64,000 bases of DNA from an uncultured Acidimicrobiales bacterium. Its GTDB lineage: Bacteria > Actinomycetota > Acidimicrobiia > Acidimicrobiales > SZUA-35. Under the pieces are notes generated by a model that saw only the letters and a program-made list of their open reading frames with translations, ran no database searches and had not been told where the DNA came from. This document shows positions 10,537-17,653 of the stretch, in pieces. Numbering within the stretch: position 1 is the stretch's first letter; every line of letters starts with the position of its first letter. A program made the position numbers and the translations under genes. The stretch spans positions 2,284 through 66,283 of the forward strand of contig CAVOQQ010000001.1 of NCBI GenBank assembly GCA_963698395.1. Reading direction: 5' to 3'.

Positions 10537-10669
10537 GTCCAAGGGGGAGTAGTGGGGGGGTACCGTAGGTCCCTGACCAGGGACGAATGCTCCTGACCGG
10601 CCGGAACGGGATTGTCGGATTCGTTCTCATAACCCGAAGGCCGCAGGTTCAAATCCTGCCCCGCCACCA
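10537..10669 (+). repeat. att-arm-like repeat, copy B, ending in a tRNA-Met 3' half
   Basis: About 104 nt homologous to copy A, followed by a T-arm, acceptor 3' strand and CCA. Phased CTGACC motifs lie at 10573 and 10593. Confidence 0.75.
10626..10669 (+). pseudogene. orphan 3' half of an initiator-type tRNA-Met (anticodon loop to CCA)
   Basis: CTCATAA-CCCGA-AGGCC-GCAGG-TTCAAAT-CCTGC-CCCGCC-A-CCA. Upstream there is no GGCGGGG acceptor 5' strand, no D arm and no TCGGG stem partner. The acceptor strand appears 1 nt short. Confidence 0.75.
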
Positions 10670-10680
10670 AATGCCCTGGT

Positions 10681-10710
10681 CAGAGGCTTGCACTTTGGTG
10701 CGGGCCTCTG
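10681..10710 (+). terminator. GC hairpin following the tRNA remnant
   Basis: CAGAGGC...GCCTCTG inverted repeat 12 nt after CCA. No clear T-tract follows. Confidence 0.35.
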
Positions 10711-11045
10711 CCGCGTCTCGGGTCATCGACCAGGCATCGAACAAACCGGGCGCTGGAGGGGCCCCTGCGGGTGTCGAACGTGGTTGGGACCGTGAAGTGC
10801 CTGGTCAGACCGGTCTGGGCGGTTGACCTTCGGGTTCTGGCCCAACCATCGCCCGTACTGCACGCAGCGGCGGATTGTCACGCAAGGTGGTGTCTCGCTG
10901 GCGCCCAGGTGATGTCCGCGACCGGCACGGTTCACGAGAAATCGGTGGCCCATGGAGGTTGGGGCCGCCCCAGCTGGGGCAAGCGCGCCGAGGCGACATC
11001 GACGGGCACTCGCTTGGATTGCGACCACACGACCCTTTCACACAT

Positions 11046-11062
11046 GTAGCACGACGTGCTAC
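11046..11062 (+). promoter_or_regulatory. palindromic candidate operator of the Phd/VapC operon
   Basis: GTAGCAC-GAC-GTGCTAC perfect 7-bp inverted repeat, 11 nt upstream of the antitoxin ATG. Confidence 0.4.
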
Positions 11063-11072
11063 GGTACCCCCC

Positions 11073-11327
11073 ATGAGTGAGACCATCACGCAACGAGAAC
11101 TCCGCAACGGCAGCGGCGAAATCATGCGCCGCCTCGACGAAGGAGAGTCGTTCGTCGTAACCCGCAACGGCGTACCTGTCGGCGAACTCACACCACTGCG
11201 ACGCCTACGATTCGTCACCGCAGAATCGGTCACCGAGATCTTCCGCACCGCACCGTCAATCGACACCAAACAATTCCGCAGCGACCTCGACGCCATCACA
11301 GGCCAGGACATCACACCCCGTGGCTGA
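11073..11327 (+). CDS. type II antitoxin, Phd/YefM-like
   Basis: ATG at 11073 within ORF 10875..11327. MSETITQRELRNGSGEIMRRLDEGESFVVTRNGVPVGELTP is a typical Phd/YefM N-terminus. Its stop overlaps the vapC GTG by 8 nt. Confidence 0.8.
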   Translation: MSETITQRELRNGSGEIMRRLDEGESFVVTRNGVPVGELTPLRRLRFVTAESVTEIFRTAPSIDTKQFRSDLDAITGQDITPRG

Positions 11328-11730
11328 AGCCCGGCCGCTACGCGGGATTCTCGACACCTCCGTCGTGATCGATCTCGAGACGATCGAAGCGCACTCGCTG
11401 CCAGCCGAGGTCGCAATCACCGCGCTCACGATGGCCGAACTCGCCGCTGGACCGCACGCCGCGACAAGCTCAGATGGGCGGGCTCTTCGTCAAGACCGCC
11501 TGCAACGGACCGAAGCCGCGTTCGCTCCGCTCCCGTTCGATGCCGAAGCAGCCCGCGCCTACGGCCGGATCTATGCAGCGGTCGCCTCCGCTGGCCGTAA
11601 GGCGCGAGGCACACGAGCAGTCGACTTGATGATCGCCGCGATCGCTTGTTCGGTCGATCTGCCGCTCTACACCAGGAACCCGAAGGACTTCGCCGCGCTC
11701 GAAGGTCTCGTCGAGATCGTTGCTGTTTGA
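11320..11730 (+). CDS. vapC: PIN-domain ribonuclease toxin VapC
   Basis: 136 aa. GILDTSVVIDLE supplies the first acidic PIN residue. The C-terminal DLMIAAIACSVDLPLYTRNPKDF motif is present. Confidence 0.85.
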   Translation: MAEARPLRGILDTSVVIDLETIEAHSLPAEVAITALTMAELAAGPHAATSSDGRALRQDRLQRTEAAFAPLPFDAEAARAYGRIYAAVASAGRKARGTRAVDLMIAAIACSVDLPLYTRNPKDFAALEGLVEIVAV

Positions 11731-11879
11731 GCAAACAGCAGCTGCCATTTGGCTGCGAGCCTTGGCGCTACCCGCTCCCGAACTTCGAAGACCCCGGTAG
11801 CCCACTTCGCCACGTGGGACGCAATGAAGGGCATGCCCAAACCCCACCCGCTGGCACACCCGACGAGGCGCCCCACGCA

Positions 11880-12245
11880 GTGAGGCGCCAACATTTTCGA
11901 TCGCTGAAGAATGCTGCGCTGGCGTGGCGATGTGGAACAGTCACCTCGTCGCGAAACCAAGTTCGACGCTGGCTGAGGAACCTTGCGAACAACGAGATCT
12001 CCCCGAGTGAGGCCTCCGACCTGGCCTCCCCATGGATCGTCGACCGTGAGCAAGACATATCCGATCCCGCCTCCATTCGCGGCCTTTCGTGGCTACACAG
12101 CGCTGACTTGCCATCCACCGATCGTCGCAACCTTCACGGCCCTGACGACTTCAGCAATTGGCTCGCCTTCAGCAATTGGCTCGCCGACTTCGACGCGCCG
12201 GCTGAACCGGCTTGGGCGGACGAGAGACCAGCGACCTCAAAGTGA
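11880..12245 (+). CDS. orphan hypothetical protein (start uncertain)
   Basis: Distal part of ORF 11646..12245 beyond the vapC stop. First in-frame GTGs are at 11814 and 11880. Third-position GC is lower than in the neighbours. Contains an in-frame 18-bp duplication (FSNWLA x2). Confidence 0.3.
   Translation: MRRQHFRSLKNAALAWRCGTVTSSRNQVRRWLRNLANNEISPSEASDLASPWIVDREQDISDPASIRGLSWLHSADLPSTDRRNLHGPDDFSNWLAFSNWLADFDAPAEPAWADERPATSK
12150..12185 (+). repeat. perfect 18-bp tandem duplication (TTCAGCAATTGGCTCGCC x2)
   Basis: Read directly from the sequence. It is in frame within the orphan ORF. Confidence 0.9.
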
Positions 12246-12293
12246 CCCCGACCGCACAGGTCCAGGGCTCCGAAGAACGCCCCAGAACGCCAG

Positions 12294-12497
12294 CTAGTAG
12301 CACGTCTCCCGCGGCTGCTTGGTTGCCGCCAAGCTCGTGGCAACCAGCGCATCCCACGAGCCGCGTGCCATGACGCTCGGCCAGATCGACGCAGGGCGAT
12401 CAGTCAGGACACCGACGAACAATGTGAAACCGGCGATGGCGACCGTGAACGCCGGTAGCCCGCCCACGCTGCCATACCATCCGAACAAGATCAGCAC
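12294..12497 (-). CDS. possible small membrane protein
   Basis: 67-aa ORF with GTG start and a hydrophobic first 30 aa (LILFGWYGSVGGLPAFTVAIAGFTLFVGVL). No obvious SD. Lies downstream of vapC on the same strand. Confidence 0.25.
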   Translation of the reverse strand: MLILFGWYGSVGGLPAFTVAIAGFTLFVGVLTDRPASIWPSVMARGSWDALVATSLAATKQPRETCY

Positions 12498-12521
12498 GGT
12501 CGCCTGCGCACCGACAGGTTT

Positions 12522-12935
12522 TCAGTCGCTCGGCGCGATGAGTGACACCGTCGGGAAGTAGGTGCGGTAGCGGCTGACGTCTCGGGTGAGGAGCTGCAGT
12601 TCGGCGATCGCCGCGTGGGCGCCAATGAAGAAGTCGGGAAGTGCTGTCGACTTCGTGCCCTGGTTGCGTCGGTAGTTCAGGAAGGCCTTGCCGGCGAGGA
12701 ACGCTGCGGTCCACGGTATGGGCTGGCGCCGATAGTCCTCTTGTGGAAGTGCGTCCTCGAGCGCCTCGATCGTTGTGAACCTGATGGACACCTCGGAGTA
12801 GATAACTGGGTTGATGTAGAGGGGGCCGGTTTCAGCGGCCTCAGCGAGGGTGGTGCTGGACCAGTCCTGCCAGACCGGGTCTTCGGTCAGGATGTCCAGC
12901 AAGATGTTGCTGTCGACCAGCGTCCCGTAGGTCAT
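12522..12935 (-). CDS. vapC: PIN-domain toxin VapC
   Basis: 137 aa. MTYGTLVDSNILLDIL is a PIN N-terminus. ...DFFIGAHAAIAELQLLTRDVSRY is present. Confidence 0.9.
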   Translation of the reverse strand: MTYGTLVDSNILLDILTEDPVWQDWSSTTLAEAAETGPLYINPVIYSEVSIRFTTIEALEDALPQEDYRRQPIPWTAAFLAGKAFLNYRRNQGTKSTALPDFFIGAHAAIAELQLLTRDVSRYRTYFPTVSLIAPSD

Positions 12936-12936
12936 G

Positions 12937-13164
12937 TCACGGTTCCCGGGTGAGAGCCATGATCTCGCTGGTCGTCATGGTGACGTCGCCGCGACCGCGA
13001 AGTCGTTCGACGAGCTGCCGTCCCCGGGTGGGCGGACCGCTTGCCTTGCGCACCACGATGGCATCGTCGTGGCGCTCGAACTCGACCTCGGTGCCCGCCC
13101 CGATGCCGAGTGCATCGCGGATCTCCTTCGGAATGGTGATTTGGCCCTTCTCGGTTACCTTCAT
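12937..13164 (-). CDS. vapB: AbrB/SpoVT-type antitoxin VapB
   Basis: MKVTEKGQITIPKEIRDALGIGAGTEVEF (looped-hinge-helix motif). ATG at 13164. Its stop lies 1 nt from the vapC start. Confidence 0.9.
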   Translation of the reverse strand: MKVTEKGQITIPKEIRDALGIGAGTEVEFERHDDAIVVRKASGPPTRGRQLVERLRGRGDVTMTTSEIMALTREP

Positions 13165-13265
13165 GGTTGGAATCCTAGACGTCGTACTCCTACTCCAGCG
13201 ATGGAAGAGTGGACTTCTGCTCGTCGGGCCGGATCCCACCTGGGTTTGCCGATGGTGATGTTCAT
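13161..13265 (-). CDS. 34-codon upstream ORF translationally coupled to vapB
   Basis: The ATG at 13265 has a strong SD (AAGGGAGG, 8 nt upstream). Product is MNITIGKPRWDPARRAEVHSSIAGVGVRRLGFQP. Its TGA overlaps the vapB ATG (ATGA). Confidence 0.35.
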   Translation of the reverse strand: MNITIGKPRWDPARRAEVHSSIAGVGVRRLGFQP

Positions 13266-13423
13266 GGCAATGGCCTCCCTTGGTTGGTGCTTGAATACCG
13301 GGGGGCACTCCTGATTCGGGTTGATGTGCTCGCGCCTCTTTCGAGCCACACGACGGTGAGACACCGGCCGTCGAAAAGGCGTCGATGCGGGAACCACGAG
13401 TGGCGCACGATCGTCTGAGAACC

Positions 13424-13960
13424 ATGAAGCGAATCACATGGATCTTGGCTTTTGTACTGGTCGCTGCCGCGTGTGGTGACAGCGAAGGTGGGAGCGCAGG
13501 CAGCGGTGTACCGGCCGACGACACTCCAGCGATCATGGCTGCGGCGGTGGAACAGTTGATCGCCGTCGACAACACCTTCGGCGAGGGGCCACCCCCCTTC
13601 AGTCAGTATCTCCTGCTCGATGCCGTTGATCCCGCAGCGGGGTCAGGCGAGGCGGTCGATGCCGCAGTTCGACCGTTGACCGCGAGCGAGCGCTCGGCCA
13701 CCGAGGCGGTGGTGTCGCTGTTCGGCCCAGTCCAATGGATCGGTGATGCCGAGGAGTACCGGACCGAGGATCTTCGTCCGACGGTCGAGGGAGCGGTGAT
13801 CATCGGTGTGGGTGAACCGGTCCTCGATCAGGGTGGTGCGCTCGTGCCTGTATCGCTGTGGTGTGGTGGTTCGTGCGGGACCTGGCTGACCTACCGCGTG
13901 GAGTTGGCCAATGGTGCCTGGACCGTGACCGGCATCGAAGGCCCGATCGCCATCTCCTGA
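13424..13960 (+). CDS. secreted lipoprotein, unknown function
   Basis: MKRITWILAFVLVAAAC is a signal peptide with a lipobox Cys. The remainder is hydrophilic. Confidence 0.75.
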   Translation: MKRITWILAFVLVAAACGDSEGGSAGSGVPADDTPAIMAAAVEQLIAVDNTFGEGPPPFSQYLLLDAVDPAAGSGEAVDAAVRPLTASERSATEAVVSLFGPVQWIGDAEEYRTEDLRPTVEGAVIIGVGEPVLDQGGALVPVSLWCGGSCGTWLTYRVELANGAWTVTGIEGPIAIS

Positions 13961-13993
13961 CAACGATGCCGAACCATTCGACCTGGATCGCCG

Positions 13994-14179
13994 TCACGTT
14001 CGTTCGACGATGAGGAGGAAGTCGATCTTGCGAGTCGTGCCGTAGATCTGCGCCAGGGTCGTCTTCTTGACGTTGGGGATGATCGAAACCACGTCACCGC
14101 TCAGTCCGTTCAAGAACGTTTCCAGCTTCGAGGAATCGGTCTCCATGTTGATGTCCAACCGATGCACCTTGTAGCTCAT
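13994..14179 (-). CDS. 61-aa conserved-looking small protein (DUF4177-like pattern)
   Basis: The ATG at 14179 is preceded by GGAGGT. Product is MSYKVHRLDINMETDSSKLETFLNGLSGDVVSIIPNVKKTTLAQIYGTTRKIDFLLIVERT. GC is lower than the flanks. It is the last gene of the ABC/FtsX operon. Confidence 0.65.
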   Translation of the reverse strand: MSYKVHRLDINMETDSSKLETFLNGLSGDVVSIIPNVKKTTLAQIYGTTRKIDFLLIVERT

Positions 14180-14253
14180 GAGATACCTCCTGCATGTGTT
14201 CGGAAAGTCGAATCGAGAAGACCCCGGGCCGTCCCGAAGTCGATCGACCGGTA

Positions 14254-16625
14254 CTACTCGTAGCGGAGCGCGTCGCCCGGCCGCATTCGAACCACTCGGC
14301 GGAGTGGAAGTCGGATCACGATCAGCGTCGTGATCACCGTGACGACGAGTGAGAGGGCGATGGGCCAGAGGGGGAATCGGAACGTGAACGCGGCGTCGAA
14401 TCGACGCTCGAACACCCACAGGATGAACCTGGCCATCCCGTAGCCGAGAGGAATCCCGATCAACCAGCCGAGGATCGCGATGGTGAGTCCTTCGGCCCGG
14501 AACATCGCCCGAAGGTCGCGCCGCCGGCCCCAATGCGAGCGCAGGATGCCGATCTCGCGTGTCCGGTCGAGGATGTTGCTTGTCATGGCACTGACCAGGC
14601 CAATCATTCCGATCGCAACGACGGGCAGGCCCATCACCATCACGACGGTCACGATCAGTCGGTTCTCGGCCAAGTTCTGGTCGCGGTCGATGTAGCGAAG
14701 GCTCGACGCCACCTCGTAGCCGTTGCGTTCGAGCACTTCGTGGATGCCGGCTGCAGCGGTGTCAACGGTCATGGGCTCTGGATCGACGGTTCTCACCCAG
14801 TAGTTGCCGGTGGTCCACCCCTCGTAGTCGAGCACCGTTTCGAACGGCATGAACAGGCCCTGCCCGTCGTTGACGAGTTGGCCGTCGACGCCGACGACCT
14901 CGAGCTCGATCGGTCCACGACGGGTTTCGACGCTGACATCGTCGCCGACCTCGAGGGCGAGCTTGTTGGCGAGCGCCTCACCAACGACGACGACCCGAGC
15001 GGCGTCCATCGACTCCTCGGGTGAGAACCATCGTCCCGCGATGACGTCGTGCTCGTAGGCGCTCGAAACCGGCAGCCCCCACACGTACTTCTCCCCGTCG
15101 AACTCGACGCTGCTGTAGATCATCGGATGTGCAAATGCGACCTCCGGCACTGATTCGATCAGCTCTCCTGCCTGTGCGTCGAGACCGGGAGTCCGATTCC
15201 ACAAGGTGATGTCGCCGCCTTCGAGATCGAATGAATTGATGTCCTCGTTGACGGCGGTGATCAGCACGGAACCGAAGCCGAGCATCGTGCCGACAGCGAG
15301 CCCAATCGGAACGGCTGTTGCGACGGTACGACCTGCCCGACGAGTCGCGTTCCGCAGGCCCATCTGGGTCCGGCGGGAAAGGTTCGGGATCCTTGCTACA
15401 ACACGGTCGAGCGGTCGGAGTCCGTAAAGGACCCGATCACACCGTGGTCGTCGATCGCATCGCGAACGGTGATGCGGGACGCTTTGCGCAGCGCCGGCCA
15501 CGAAGCGACTGCCGTGCCGCCCGATCCCGACCAGGATGCTGAGCACCAGAGCCAGGCCGCTGAACCGCCACCCGACGGGGGTGCCGCCGAACTCGCCACT
15601 CATGAACGTCATCAGCCAGTTGCTGAGTGGGATACCGACGGCGATGCCGACGACGGTGCCAAGACCACCGAGGAGGAGCGCGGTTCGGAGGAACCCGATG
15701 GCGATGGTGTGCGGCGTGCCTCCGATTGCCTTCATCACCCCGATCTCGCGGGTCTGCTCCCGAACCATCGTGTTCATGGTCGTGAAGATCAGGATCAGCG
15801 CCGACACAAGGGCCACACCGGCGATCACGTAGAACACGACGATGAAGTTGCCGAAGTCTTCGGAGCCGGGCCAGGTGCCGGGCCGCCACACCTCCAGCAC
15901 GTCCCAGTAGGCGAGGTCATCGAGCTCGGTAGCAAGCGTCGATCGGATTTCGGTCACCATCGCGCTCACGGCCGCCGGCGATGCATCGATGGCAACGACG
16001 TCGATCGAGTTCGGAGCCGGGTAGTCCATCACCGCTTGCACATCGGCGTTGGTCAGGTAGAGGACGGGGGAGTCCCGCGACACTTCACTGCTGTAGCGAA
16101 CGGTGCCGCCGGCGCCTCGGATCTCGAAGGTCTGCCACCGGCCGGCGTGATCGCGGACCTCGACCACGTCACCCACCGCCCCTCGGAAGCGCCCGGTTCG
16201 GGAATTCTCGGCATCGGTGACCAGCTGGTTCGGCCCATCGGGGAACGCTCCGCCAGCCAGCGACACGATGTTCACGGTCTGCTGTTCGAAGTCGGCGACT
16301 CCCACCAAGATCACACCTTGGGTCCGGCCGTCGATGCGGATCTCGGTACGCCCGAGCGTGCGGATGTCGAGCGCGGCCACGTTGTCGACCGAGCGGAGTG
16401 AAGCGAGCTGCGTCGGCGTCAGGTCGGCGGCGTTCGGGGCGAGTCGCGCCGTGTGCATCGCGTCGGCGCGAACGCGCTGCGTCCAAGCTCGCCTCGACGT
16501 TGCCAGGTATCGCGAACAGCCAGACGCCGGCAATCGCCACGTGCGATGGTCGCAACGGTCAGGATCGATCGGCTGCGACGGCGCGTCAGCTCCCTGATCG
16601 ATCGACGGGCATGGGACGAGATCAT
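14254..16625 (-). pseudogene. FtsX/MacB-type ABC permease (two FtsX domains) with several local frame disruptions
   Basis: The true start [28 protein letters not shown] at 16625 overlaps the ATPase stop (ATGA). The next TM (HVAIAGVWLFAIPGNVEASLDAA) is in a third frame, and the body lies in ORF 14254..16728. The end of the first FtsX domain (GGTAVASWPALRKASRITVRDAIDD) is only readable in ORF 15396..15599. Confidence 0.8.
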
Positions 16626-17380
16626 CGCTGCTCGTCAGCGGTGACGAGCCCGTCACGGATCGAAACGACACGGTTCGCTCGCTGGGCAAGCGCCGTGTCG
16701 TGTGTGACGTAGATGACGGTGGTCCCATCTCGGTTCACGTCGGTCAGGACCGAGAACATCTCGCTCGCGGTGTCCGTATCGAGATTGCCCGTCGGCTCAT
16801 CAGCGATGAGAAGCAACGGGTCGCAGGCGAGCGCCCGTGCGATCGCAACCCGCTGCTGTTCACCCCCCGACAGTTCCGCTGGGAACTGATCCAGGTGATC
16901 GCTGAGCCCGACCTGGCCGAGCCGGGCCGCGGCCCGATCGGAGCGTTCGCTGACCGAGCCGCGGCGAGCGAAGTCGAGCGGAAGCATCACGTTCTCACGT
17001 GCGGTCAGCGTCGGTAGCAGCTGGAAGAACTGGAACACGATGCCGACGTGTTCACCGCGCCATGTGGCGAGTTCCTCCTCGTCGAGTTCGTTCAGGTCGC
17101 GGCCGGTCACGGTGACGGTGCCGGCGGTCGGGCGATCGATGCCGGTGACGATGTTCAGAATGGTCGACTTCCCGCTTCCACTGGGACCGACGATCGCCAT
17201 CAGCTCGCCAGGGGCGACATCGAGGTCGACACCACGCAGCGCCGCATGCTCCACGCGGCCCGTGCGGTAGAGCTTCTCGATACCGCCGAGCCTGATGATC
17301 GGGGTGCTGGAGCCTGCAGCCGGCTGGTCTTCCAGCGGGTGGGGTCCTCGGCGCGCCGCGGCTGGCAATTGGGGATCCAT
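16622..17380 (-). CDS. ABC transporter ATP-binding protein (MacB/LolD-like)
   Basis: Walker [10 protein letters not shown], signature [15 protein letters not shown] and Walker [13 protein letters not shown] are present. Confidence 0.9.
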   Translation of the reverse strand: MDPQLPAAARRGPHPLEDQPAAGSSTPIIRLGGIEKLYRTGRVEHAALRGVDLDVAPGELMAIVGPSGSGKSTILNIVTGIDRPTAGTVTVTGRDLNELDEEELATWRGEHVGIVFQFFQLLPTLTARENVMLPLDFARRGSVSERSDRAAARLGQVGLSDHLDQFPAELSGGEQQRVAIARALACDPLLLIADEPTGNLDTDTASEMFSVLTDVNRDGTTVIYVTHDTALAQRANRVVSIRDGLVTADEQR

Positions 17381-17653
17381 GGCCTAGATCTACCATCGAG
17401 CCCTGCGTTCGGTCAGGGGCCAAGGTCACGGCGCTTGAATCACCGGCGCCAACTCGGTCGGCTCTGGCCTTCGAACAACTCAGGTGGGAATCCGCCGGTA
17501 CTGGACGGGGTCCCAGCGGGTGGGCTTGATGCAGATGACTGAGTTGCCTTGGTCTGACCGACGATTCGGAACCGTTCTGGGCGTCGCAACCGGGTGTCGT
17601 GGAACGCTGGGTCTGATTTCCGAAGAGCCCGCAAACGCAGCAAGAATCACGCC

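Noticed and set aside
10541-10570. 6C-RNA-like element (runs of C on the minus strand: CCCCCCC and CCCCC)
   Set aside because: I could not draw the two C-loop hairpins. The stems would be only 3 bp. The G-runs are better explained as a conserved block of the repeat family.
10537-10669. Complete but unusually long tRNA or tRNA-like RNA (possible acceptor pairing of GTGGGG at 10552-10557 with CCCCGC near the 3' end)
   Set aside because: The molecule would be ~120 nt with no D-arm and no anticodon-stem partner. Copy A shares the upstream part but lacks the T-arm entirely. An att-type scar explains the data better.
10537-10669. tmRNA 3' end
   Set aside because: The T-arm and CCA resemble a tmRNA terminus. 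However, the acceptor strand has no U for the near-universal G3:U70 pair, no GGGG..TG 5' end lies within range, and the anticodon loop CTCATAA is tRNA-Met-like.
10473-10670. 65-aa ORF MVAGQDLNLRPSGYE...
   Set aside because: AGQDLNLRPSGYE is the typical reverse-strand translation of a tRNA T-arm and anticodon arm, so this is a shadow of the tRNA remnant.
11010-11050. Tyrosine-recombinase box II remnant (LGLRPHDPFTHVA versus ..HDLRHT..)
   Set aside because: Only about 6 matching residues, with no supporting upstream catalytic motifs. It overlaps the antitoxin operator. It is mentioned only as a weak possibility.
14254-16728. Programmed ribosomal frameshifting as explanation for the multi-frame genes
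   Set aside because: No slippery heptamers or conserved stimulatory structures occur at the junctions. The shifts go in both directions, and they affect many unrelated gene families. Indels, whether real or artefactual, are far more likely.
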